NCBI RefSeq assembly: GCF_020745735.1
Contig: NC_083417.1
Location: 62,062,001-62,126,000 of the forward strand
Reading direction: 5' to 3'
DNA length: 64,000 bases
Source: Hemiscyllium ocellatum
Lineage: Eukaryota
The notes beneath the pieces are model-generated. The model searched no databases and was not told where the DNA came from. It worked only from the letters and a program-made list of their open reading frames with translations. The translations under genes and the position numbers were made by a program. Within the stretch, counting starts at the first letter, position 1, and the number at the start of each line of letters is the position of its first letter. Positions 49,301 to 60,960 of the stretch are shown in pieces.

Positions 49301-50715
49301 TGATAGGAGACCAGAGGGAGATTGCTGCTGGTGCTTAAAGCCCTGCAGTGGCCTCCAGGTGCCAAACCTGAAAACACAGCAGTGGAGATAGCAGCTGCGT
49401 TAGACAGACAGAGGGAGGGGAGGGGAGGGGGGGGAAAGAAAATCAATTGTCCACACAGAGGATGAATGAGGAGCACCTGACTAGAGAAAGAGGGAGCCAG
49501 GTCGTTCTCACCAGAAGGAATTTTTCTTTCAACGCGCAAGTTACCAATTTTCCCTTTGCATCCTACCAGGGCGAGAGTCTTAGCCATCGGCCTGGCGACT
49601 GGGTGTTTCCGCTCTGTCCGAGGTGCGGATTTAACCCATGACCAACCCAACTGCGAGCCGAACCTGCATTGCAGTTCTGTGGACTGACACCAGCTGGTAG
49701 GCATGAGTTTAAATGAATTATTTCTGTAATTTGGTTTATCCTTCTGTTTGTGATGTGATTTTTATTTTTGTTGTTTATTGCTGAGTGAAGGCATTTCCTA
49801 GCTCTCGGATTGTTCTGTAGATTGTCAGGAAGGTTGGATGGATGGATGATGTTTTCACTTACAGACAGCTGTTCCCTTGGCAACAGCATCTCCTAGTCTC
49901 ATTATGTGCACCTGTATAATTCCACTGCAGTGCACAATGTGACCCTTTCAGCATAACAGTGGGCTCTGATGAATTTGAGCCTGGAATGCAGGGTCATGGG
50001 CATATGCTAATAACTGCTCCTTGGGTATTCTACTTTTTTTTTGCCTATGATGGAAAATTATAGCAGATCCCTCTCCTGCTTTTCTGATAGATCAAATGGT
50101 AAATGATATCATGACTCAGATCAGTTATTCATCTAAATGAAGAATAGGCTGAACAGGTTTGATGTTTATTGGAATTAACTGTGCTGACGTTCACATTATA
50201 TACCGCTGCACGAAAAGATTTCTTGCCACAATCAAACTTGTTACACAGAGCAGTGAGTTGAAAAATTTTAAGCTATTTATTCTTTGATTTTTGGTTTGGG
50301 TGGATTGAGTGGAAAAAAAATTGTGCTCTGCCCTCTCATGGCCTTATCAGGTTATGGTGGTTAGTGTGGGAGGCGCTGCTTCACCTCTGGGATGTCAGTG
50401 TCAGTATCCTGAGACTGTGTGATGAGAATGTTTGTTTGCTAAAGGAGTCATCGAGGTATAGCACATATCCAGCAGTGTTCCTGGGGTGACTGGGTATTCA
50501 GCAATGACACGGTTACACACTAGCTGCCCTGCACCTCTTCCCTTCTAGGGTTGATCATTACCTTTACTAAGGAAAATATGCGGTTGGGACGATTGGAACA
50601 ATGGTCAATTTCTGTCCATCATCTCCTTTGCTGAAACTGCCATGTGTAATTCATAGTCAGCTGGAGATAAGTAGGTTCATCCAAAATTATCATCTCAGCC
50701 CACTTGGCACACCAG

Positions 50716-50798
50716 CCTTATGCCTGAAACATCGATTCTCCTGCTCCTCGGATGCTGCCTGGCCTGCTGTGTTTTTCCAGCACCACATTTTTCAACTC
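50716..50798 (+). mobile_element. truncated Penelope-derived short repeat (hammerhead 3' half)
   Basis: cttatgcctGAAAcatcgattctcctgctcctcggatgctgcc..ccagcaccac, same family as 51957 and 53227. Confidence 0.8.
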
Positions 50799-51699
50799 AT
50801 TAAATTCATCATGCTCCCTAACCTAGCTGCACTTAAATAGATGTAGTTGTGTTCAATGCTCAGCTGAATTTTATTTCTCCTCAGCTTCAAATGTACCATG
50901 TTCCACATGGTTCCTCCTCTCTCCATCTTCACTGTATTGAAGCCAAAAATCAGCATGTGTAGCTGGTGCCTCCTTTTTCCAGCGGTTTCCCTTACTTCAC
51001 CTTGTGTATATTATGCTCAGATGGCCTTTAAGTATGTAACTGGGTGGAGGCATCTCATCTGCTGTCTGACATGAAGGTTGTGTCCTGGCCAATGTTCAGG
51101 TTCAGATGATTTTCTGATTTCTTCTTGTCTCATGGGTTGAGCTTATCTCCTTCCTAAACAGTTAAAATGCTGCTGTCATGATGTAATGTAGTAATGTTCT
51201 GTGGTTTGTTGAAGGGAAGGGTTCCATGCAGTAAAAGAACATACCTAGATTATAGTACTCGTTTTACAACCCTGAGTTGCTGGAAGATGTTTTAGCACGT
51301 GTGGAAATCTGACACCCTAACAGTAAACGTGCTACAGTTGATCCCCAAGCAGCCTCCTGACCTGGTTGACACTTAATATTGTCATATAAAGCTTTGCTCT
51401 TTGTCCTCTGCCTTCCCCTATTCAGCCCAACCATCTCCAGCTGAGACTGGAAAAGCCAACTAGTTCAGTCTGTCCTTGTTGGTATCTTTTCACTAAAGGA
51501 GTGCTGCAGGCTGATAAATTATATAGAAGTGTCCCTCAGGTGCAGTCAGTTGGTGCTAGGGACACTGCAAATTGGCTTTATAAAGGGTACTAGGCCTTTG
51601 CTGTTGGTGTGGAGTAAGGAGCTTAAGTCCATGGTATAATTACCATAAAGCATTCATTGCACATAGAGAGGCAGACAATTGGTCTATGTATGAGCAAGT

Positions 51700-52592
51700 T
51701 ATTGCAGATGCTGGGACCTACTGAAAGCAGTAAATGTCAAAGATTACTACTGGTCAGACATCATCCATCTAGAGACAGCAAGCTCATGTTTTGAATCTAG
51801 ATGGCTTTTCATCGGAGCTGAAGTGACATGTTGGGGATGGGGGAGGCAACATTTATGCTATAGTTTGAGAGGGTGAGGGGTAGGGTGCAGGTGGAGAAAA
51901 GGTGTTGATACTTCACATAATGTGATCAGAATGTGAGAATGGCAGAACAATGGTGTCTGCCATTCCCGATGAAGGGCTTTTGCCCAAAGTATTGATTTTC
52001 CTACTCCTCGGATGCTGCCTGACCAGCTGTGTTTTTCCAGCACCACACTCTTGGCTCTAATCTCCAGCATTTGCAGTACTCACTTTCGCCTAGAACAATG
52101 GTGTGTCTAACTCAGACTGGAAAGGACAGGCCATCCTTATGGAATTGGCCGGGGGAGTGGTGGTGGTGGGGTGGTGATGTGAGAGGACATGGTAACAGAA
52201 TGAAACAAGCTACAAGAAAGGGAAGAAATGGGAGTTGGTTCACAATTTGGAGGTGTTGACCTCAATATTGAGTTCAGAAAGCTGTAAAGTGTCTCATCTG
52301 AAGTTGAGATGTTGTTCTTCCAGTTTGCCCAGTGGGACTGTCTGTCCTTTCAAATCTGGGAGTTGACATGCCATTGTTCTGCCATTCTTACATTGCAATA
52401 GCTTTATCTGAACTGTCAACATTATCCTTTCTCCACCAGCACTCTGGACCCACTGCCCCTATATCTCCTTTCCCCTCTAGTGTAAATGCTGTCCCCCTCA
52501 CATTTACTCCATCAGAGCATAAGTGAATCAAGACTTGAACCATTAACTTGCTGTTTAACCTATTGTGATCTCCAGCATTTGCTGTTTTCAAT
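51700..52592. mobile_element. Penelope-like remnant with inverted terminal repeats
   Basis: gagaatggcagaacaatgg (about 51935-51953) is mirrored by ccattgttctgccattctta (52371-52390); ends tgcagatgctgg / ccagcatttgc. Confidence 0.65.
51957..52091 (+). mobile_element. short Penelope-derived element with decayed hammerhead and 13-bp TSD
   Basis: AGAACAATGGTGT at 51944-51956 and 52092-52104. Confidence 0.8.
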
Positions 52593-53226
52593 TGGTATAT
52601 GATGGCTTGAAAATGCTACACTGGGTAAGTTGACGAGGCAGAAGCAGGGAATCAATGTTTCAAGCATAAGCTCTTCATCAGATCTCCAGCATCTGCAGTC
52701 CTCACTTTCTCCAAGATGACAAAGCAATACTGCAGTTATTCTGCCGATGTTACTTCCAGAATTATGTTCAGACCTGTCAATCAGTGATCCATCTGGTTGA
52801 GAATGTATTGATTCTGTATTTAAATTGACTAAACAGATGTTGCTGTTGTATGTTCAGAATCCTGTACTGGCCACTTACACCATGTGCTGAGTGTAAGATA
52901 AAGTCTGGTTCCCAGTACCAATCATGATGAACTGTGCAGTCTGGAATTCAAGCACAGAGGAAATGACTAATGAATCTAGCTTCTGCATGCATCTTGTACC
53001 TGTCTGCCTGGCTTTCCCACTGGTAAATGTAAACACAAAATGGTTGACGAAAGGCTCATTACAGCTACTGAAATACAGCAGAATAAATGTGCCATACAAG
53101 TTGCTTAATTCTAATCCTGTGCCAGATTATCTTGGCCAATAGACTAATGATTAAGGTGAGTAAATTTGGTGCGAAATCACTGGGGGAGGTGTGCACAAAC
53201 AGGGATGAATTCTGTTGTTCTTGGTT

Positions 53227-53445
53227 ACAGTGAGGACTGCAGATATTGGAGGCCAGAGTTGAAGAGTGTGGTGCTGGAAAAGCACAGCAGGTCAAGCAGC
53301 ATCCGAGGAGCAGGAGAATTGACATTTCGGGCATAAGCTCTTCATCGTTCCTGATGAAGGGCTTATGCCCAAAATGTCAATTCTCCTACTCCTTGGATGC
53401 TGCCTGACCTGCTATGCTTTTGCATCGTCACGCTTTTTGACTCTG
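53227..53445. mobile_element. palindromic Penelope-derived element with two hammerhead-like cores and 16-bp flanking direct repeat
   Basis: arms 53254-53346 and 53353-53445 are near reverse complements; TCTGTTGTTCTTGGTT at 53211-53226 and 53442-53457. Confidence 0.85.
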
Positions 53446-55304
53446 TTGTTCTTGGTTGCCTGACCTCTGTCTCCGACAGGTTTTAGGAAAGTGGTGAACT
53501 GTGCAGGCTAGGAACACAGTCCCACAGATCTGGCAGTTTGATTTGATCAAATTGATTTGTAGCAGTCAGTTCCATTCATGGAATGAGCACCATTGTAAAT
53601 GTGCCACTTTTTTATTTGCACCAAATTTACAAATGATAAAACGTTTTGCGATTAGGTCCCTATGGCCTTGAATTCTGGTTTCTCAGGATTGCTTGCTGGA
53701 ATTTCTACAGTACGCTGGCATTTTGTCATTGAAACTGGAGAATTAAAATTTTCAGTCTTCATTGCTGCACTTGGCAAGACATACTCTAATCAGTGCAGTG
53801 GGAGAAATAGTTCTTTGTTGTTGATTGGCCTTGCAGATGATTGGAGCTAGACGTGGATAATATGTGGCTATGATTACATGGGCTGGACTTTCAAGGATAG
53901 GTTGGGATTGGGTTCCAGTTTGTTCATGGCTGGGATGAAGAGAAGGTGTTAGTTGTTGTAACAAAGATGGGGACTAGAGGTCGATCATCTGTAGCCAGGA
54001 TAAAGATTAAGGATTAGATACTCCAAACGAAAACTGGGATTGGGGGCTAGTTTATCTGTGGGTAGGGCAGAAATGGAACTTTGTCCATGGAAGGTTGGAG
54101 GGAAAGGAAGTAGCTAATGAGAGGAGGTAGGATTTTCTGCAACCTATCTCACTTAAGTGCAGGAGTGTTTCCAAAGCTGAGTTATGTTTGTAGAGAACTT
54201 TTGAGGATGACATTGGGAGGCCATGATTGTTACAAGAACACAAGATAATGGCTCATGTAGGAAGTATCTCTGGATTGCTTTGTCTATGACTCCTTGTTTT
54301 CAAAAAGTTAAATATCATTAGTTCACTGAAGTAATTTCAGACTGAGAACGAGTGGCACTGCTGTGCTCTGGAGTGTTATACTGGGGCTAATGTTGATGAG
54401 TGTATTCAGTGTTCACAGGCTTGTAAGAGCTCCCATCACAGCACAACAGTAATTTAATACTTTATGAAACCGTAACTAACTGTCAAACTGGATCATGCAG
54501 GTTTAGTAACCATTTGTGCCCCAGAGCAAACTGTGAAGGAAATGTCTGTTTCCTTGTGTAATATGGAGAGAATACATGGCTGGTTGAAGCAAGTCATTGC
54601 ACTTTGGCTTTTTTTTATTAAGTTCTGATGTGAGAGTATCATGGTAAAGTCAGCACTTAATACCCATCCATCATTGCCCTGAGGAAGGTGGTGGTGAGTT
54701 GCCACCTTAAGTATTTAATGTAGATACACTGACAGTTGCTGCTGGGTTTCAGGATTTTTTCATCCAATGATACTGAAGGAATAGCAATAGAATGATTAAA
54801 ATTCCGAATTGTGTGATTTGAAGGGGAATTTGCAAGTGGTACTGATCTCTTTATATGTGCTACTGTTGTCCTTCTAAGCTGTAACAGTCACAGGTTTGGC
54901 ATGTGTTGCAGGAGTCCTGGTATATTACTGTAGTGCATCTTGTAGATGGTACACATTGCTGCCACAGTGGAGGTGGTGCATGATGTGCTTATCAAGTTGT
55001 TTTGTGATGGTGTTGTGCTTAGTGGTGTTGAGTTGCATTTGTTAGGCAAGTGAGGTGTATTCCATCACACTCTTGACTTATATCTTGTAGATTGTGGACT
55101 AGCTTTGGGGAGATGGAAGGTGTTTGGGTCTTTGGTATTCCCTTCCTCAAATACAGAACCTTTAAATATTTTTAAGGCAGAGGTGGGTAAGGCAGTGGAA
55201 TGAAAGACTGGGACGTGCAGGAATGTAGAATTGAGGCTCACTCTGATCAGCTATGATTTTGTTGAATAGCAGAGTGGCCTCCTCTTGTTCCTTGTTCATG
55301 TTTA

Positions 55305-55586
55305 GGACAGCACGGCTCAGTGGTTAGCACTGCTGCCTCACAGTGACAGGGTCCCAGGTTTGATTCCAGCCTCGAGTGACTCTGTGTGGAGTTTGCGCAT
55401 TCTCCTCGTTTTCTCTGGGTGCTCCGGTTTCCTCCCACAGTCAGGTGAATTGGCTAGGCTAAATTGTCCATAGTGTTGGGTGCATTAGTCAGAGGGAAAT
55501 GGGTCTGGCTGGGTTACTCTTCGTAGGGTTGATGTGGACTGGTTGGGCTGAAGGGCCTGTTTCCACACTGTAGGGAATCTAATCTA
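55305..55586 (+). mobile_element. HE1-like SINE following a CR1 3' fragment (about 55150-55300)
   Basis: ggctcagtggttagcactgctgcctcacag..ggtttgattcc..tagggaatctaatcta. Confidence 0.85.
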
Positions 55587-57627
55587 TATGTAGACTAAGC
55601 GCTCATTGCAGAAATGAAGGAAATCTACAGCTAGAGTTTGAAATTCCTTTGTAAGAAACAAATGCTTTTTGTGCTGTTGCCATTTGACGGGCCTGATAAC
55701 TTTAAGGTGTTGTAAGTTATTTTTAATTGGCTGCTATTGTGCAGTAGAAATTGTAATCAGATGGCTGGCTGCAGCCTTGAGACCCATGGTAACCGGGTAA
55801 ACATGCCAGGCAGCAGCCAGAGCAGGACTGCCACTGCACTGCTTCAATGTGAGTGCCTCATGACTGTTTCTTTCCTTCATCCCTTTTCTGCAAAGGAAAT
55901 GAGTCACTCACCCAAGTTGAAAGCAGTGTTCTCCATCTGGCTGTAAATTCTGGGAGTAAGACTGAAACTTCTTTGTAAATTGTTAGGCCCTCGCTTTTTG
56001 CACACAGAAGAACCTCTCCCTTTTTAAATTGCAATTGAAATCTGCCAAAATGTTTCACTTCTGAATCTTTCTGTACCTCCTGCCAACTCAAATTAAATTA
56101 CTTAATTTAAAACCTTTTTAAATACTGCTTTTAAAAAGCTAATTAACAAATTGCAGCCGCTCTTCCTGGAGTAATAGGTACGTTCTGTTTCAGCTGCCCC
56201 TACTATTGTTTACTCTGCAGCAAAACCTGTTGATCTTGAGATTTAAAATGGTGATATTGTACAAGTGGAAATCTCTGTGCTTCCCTGGTTTCTGATTCCC
56301 GGACAACCTCTGACCTTCTTTGGTTTGAAATGAAGTTGATTGTGATTTTTTTGTGAGTGATGCTTCAAACAGAAATGAGGTGAGAGTGGTTTGTACAAGA
56401 TAGGAATTTTTGTTTCTATGGAGTGTTGAAGGTTTAGCGGATTTTTCCTGGAGGTGCGGTTGGGCCACGTTTTATTGGTGTGATAGGATTAGAGGTGCTC
56501 CTGGCTGTAATGGACTGGAGCATTGGTCAGATGGCGATGATGTCAGGCCATGAGTGCCTTCACTTCCTTGCTCATTAACAAGTCCAAAAAATTCCAATTC
56601 CTCCTTTTGCCACTGGACAGAGATCAATATTCTGGATCAACCTAACCAGCTTGAGGGATGGTCCAGTATATTGCAGTTTCTCCCCTGTCCCGATGTATAA
56701 GTTTTAATATTGTATTGTATAGGGAGAGTATCACTGGGTTAAACCCTGTTGAGGTTTTTATCTCTCTGTGGTTCCTTCCCACTCTCTGCTCAATTTTGTC
56801 ATTGATATGGTTTTTCTGCAATCATAAAGCCTTTAGGGAAGGGATCCTATTTTTGCAAAGGAAGCTGAATGTGTTGTCTGCAGGGAGATGGGAGGACCTG
56901 ATGAGGTAGTATTTGAAACATTCAGTTAGGTCAGAATTTTAAGCAGCAGCATCTGAGTTCTTGTATTTGGTGTCATGTGTCTACATTTGGGCCTGGGCTG
57001 TACGTAACTTATGAGGTAGGAGTAGGTTTGTGAGCAGTTTAATATTCTAGTTTTTTTACGTTAGGAAGATGGAAGGTTAGTTGGGCTGAGGTTATCCAAT
57101 GTGCTGAAAATATCTGGATAATGGTTTGGCTGGATATTGTGATCTGGGTGGGGGAATGGGGTGGAGAGCATTGGCTGGGTGTTTTGTTGGAAGTGACTGT
57201 ACATGCAGACCAAGGGGTTTTACAGAGTGGTTTAATATGGCAGAAGTGGTTATAAACGTATGGTCAAAGGCAGAGGCCACCCAAGCTTTAGTACAAGGCC
57301 CAGGAGGTTATCTTGAATCTTGGAATATGCCTTACTGCAACATTTGGTTGTTGACTTTTTTTTTTACATGGGGAAAACTGACAAGTTTGAGGCAGATTAA
57401 GAAGCATCTCTTGTCAAGTTGGTGTTTATCTTGGTGTGTATCACTGGGAACATCCCTCACGCACCAAGTCCTCTGTCACGGTGCTACTTGTAATGCAGCT
57501 TGAAAAAATCTCAGCCACTTTCCAGACTCTCATAAGGATCCTGAGGGCAGCATATGGTTACCCTGAGTGCACATGTGTATGATTACTCTGGCAATCAGGA
57601 CAGTTCTCACCACTAGTCGACCATCTA

Positions 57628-58803
57628 ATATGGACTTCAGTAAGGCATTTGACAAGGTTCCACATGGGAGATTGGTTAGCAAGATTAGATCTCATGAAAT
57701 ACAGGGAGAGCTAGCCATTTGGATACAGGACAGGCTTGAAGGTAGAAGACAGAGGGTGGTGGTGGTGGAGGATTGCTCTTCAGACTGGCGGCTTGTGACC
57801 AGTGGTCTGTCATAAAGATCAGTGCTGAGTCCACTGCTTTGTGTCATTTGTATAACTTCTTTGGATGTGAATGTAGAAGGTAAAGTTAGTGCAGATGACA
57901 CCAAAATTGGCGATATAGTGGACAGTGAAGAAGGTTACCTCCAAGTACAACAGGATCTTGATCAGATGGGCCATTGGGCTGAGAAGTGGCAGATGGAGTT
58001 TAATTGAGATAAATACATTTTGGAAAAAAACAAATCTTAGCAGGACTTATACACTTAATGGTAAGGTCCAAGGGAGTGTTGTTGAGCAAAGAGGCCTTGG
58101 AGTGCAAGTTCGTAGTTCCTTGAAAGTAGAGTCACAGGTAGCTAGGATAGTGAAGAAGGCATTTTGTATGCTTTCCTTTATTGGTCAGAGTATTGAGTAT
58201 AGGAGTTGGGAGGTCATGTTGCAGCTGTACATTACATTGTTAGGCCACTTTTGAAATACTGCGTGTAATTCTGGTCTCCTTCCTATTGGAAAGATGTTGT
58301 GAAACTTGAAAGGGTTCAGAAAAGATTTACAAGTATGTTGCCAGGGTTGGAGGATTTGAGCTACAAGGAGAGGCTAAAGAGGCTGGGGCTGTTTTCCCTG
58401 GAGCGTTGGAGGCTGAGGGGTGACCTTTATAAAGGTTTATAAAATAATGAGGGGCATGGATTGGATAAGTAGACATTGTCTTTTCCCTGGGGTGGGGGAG
58501 TCCAGAGCCAGAGGGCATAGGTTTAGGGTGAGAGGGGAAAGATATATAAGGGACCCAAGGTGCAACTTTTTCATACACAGGGTGGTATGTGTATGGAATG
58601 AACTGCCAGAGGAAGTGGTGGAGACTGGCACAATTACAGCATTTAAAAAGTATCTGGATGGATATATGAATAAGAAGGGTTGAGAGTGATATGGGCCAAG
58701 TGCTGGCAAATGGGGCTGGATTAGGTTAGCATATCTAGTTGGCATGGACGAGTTGGACCGAAGGATCTGTTTCCGTGATGTACATCCCTGATTCTGTGAT
58801 TCT
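57628..58803 (+). mobile_element. CR1 LINE, 5'-truncated
   Basis: [31 protein letters not shown]; same subfamily as 19293-21818. Confidence 0.92.
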
Positions 58804-59589
58804 GCTTTGGGGCTTGTTTGAAATTTCTGTCAAATTACTTAGACAGTCCATTCAGGGAACCATCTGACAGGATCCATTAACCCTTCCTTCCCCACAGGGC
58901 TGAAATGCACTACATGCAGATTTGATTTACCTGTGGTCAAATATGTTTTCCTGTGCAAACCTTTCGAGACAAGGAAAAGATGGCACAGTCTGACAGATCA
59001 GAACATTTTTGATATGTCCATACCCATCCTTTGCAACAACAGGAACACAGCACATGCTTGGTGTTTTGTATACTGAGATACTGGAGATAGATAGCTTGGT
59101 ACTCTTTACATAACGACACAATTAAGATTAGTGCAACGTTGGCTACGTTTATTTCTTTATCTGATGTTTTTATGCATATGATGTCCTTGTGGACATGGTC
59201 TATTTCTAATCTCTAATAAAGATGGTGATTCAAGAGACTGCCAAGTACAGGAGTAGGGTATAGGCCAGAATTGTGCCATGCAGAGCAGGGCTATGGCTTC
59301 TTACAACTGATGACTAGATTCTTAGCTGTGATGGAGTGAATAATACAAAGAACAAAAGAATAACTAGAGAAAGAATGGACCCATTGGGGCAATAGTAGCA
59401 ATCTTTGTGTGGTGCTGGAAGTTGTGGGTATAGCTGTCAATGAAATTTTGCATTGGTCTTCACAATGTGCGTAAGTATGACCACCACAGTGGAGGACTGG
59501 TAAAATATTAGAAGAAACTAACATTTTCAAGTTGAGCAGCCTTAAAACTGGATACATCTGTAGGCTTGGATGAGCGATCGCCAAAACTT

Positions 59590-60960
59590 TTCGGGGAAAT
59601 ATGGGAGAAGATAGCGGAGGCCCTGGTAGTAATTTTCAAACCTTTGTGAGTCCAGGTGAGGTGCCAGAGAACTTGACAACTTTTTTTTAAAGAATAAAGG
59701 AAAGGATAAATGAGGACATTTCAGGTCAGTCAGTCTAACCTTGGTGAATGGGAATTTTTCTTTTTTGGAAATAATTCCAAGGCACAGAATATGTCTGCGC
59801 TTGGAGAGATGTGGAATAACTGGGTATAGTCAGCAAAGATTTAAGGGAAGGTCATGTTTGTCAAATTTTTTTGATGCAATCTACATGGATGAAGTCCTTT
59901 GAGCTATCTTTGGCAGACTGTAACAATGCAAGAACCTCTGGGATCCAAAACAAAAGGGTACATTGCTTTTGGATCAAAAATTGGCTGAGAAGCAATGGTG
60001 GTAGAAGTCTATTTCCAGTGGTACTCCACAGGGCTTGGTACTGGAGCCCTGCCTGTTTGTTGTTTTCATTAATGATTTGGACTTAAATGTAGGGTGTATG
60101 ATCAAGAAGTGTGCAGAAGATACAAAAATGATCGTGTGATAAAAGTGGAAAGGATTGCTGGAGATGCAGGAGGACATTGGTGAAATAGTCAGCTGGACAG
60201 GGCAATTGTAAATGGAATTCAACCTGGAAAGTGAGAGGTGATGCATTTGAGGAAGGCTAACAGGGCAAGGGACTTCAGTATGACTGGTAGGACACTGGAA
60301 AGTACTGAAGATCAAATAGACCTTGGTATGCCTGGGCACAGATAGGTATTTAGGCAAAGTAGTTAAGACATATGGCATACTTACTCTTTTATTAGCCAAT
60401 GCAAGAGCAGAGAGGTCCTGCTAGAACTGTATAAAATGCTGGTTAGGCCACAACTGGAGCACTGTCCGTTCTGGTCACCATGTTGTAGGAACAGTTCGCT
60501 TTCATTAGAGACAGTGCAGAGGAGATTTACCAACATGTTGCCTGGGCTGGAAGGTTTGAGAAATGAGATTGGGTAGGCTGGTTTGTTCTCCTTTGAAGTT
60601 ATGAAGGTTGAACAGGGAACCTGATTGTGGTTCATAAAACTCAAGGGCATGGACAGAGTGGATAGAAAAGTGTTTTTTTTCCATTGGTGGTGAGTTCAGT
60701 AACTGGGGGAAGGCGGAATTAAGTTGAAGTAGAACAATAAGAGGAGAGTTGAGGAGAAATATTTTTACCCTGAAGTTACTGGGTGTGTGGAGCCTGAAAG
60801 GGCTATGCTAACAGTTGAGCAATATTTAGATGGCTGATTGATTGCTGTAGCCTCCAGGAGTATGGGTCAAGAGCTAGGAAGTGGGCTTAGTCTAGATAGA
60901 CCTATCTTGACTAGTGTAGACATGGGCCAAATGACCACCGCCCGAAGTCCAAACATCAGA
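59590..60960 (+). mobile_element. old decayed CR1 LINE
   Basis: gtcagtctaacc, ttcattaatgatttggac, ggttaggccacaactggagcactg. Confidence 0.75.

Noticed and set aside
49132-49704. 190-aa minus-strand ORF
   Set aside because: No recognisable homology; expected by chance in GC-rich island sequence
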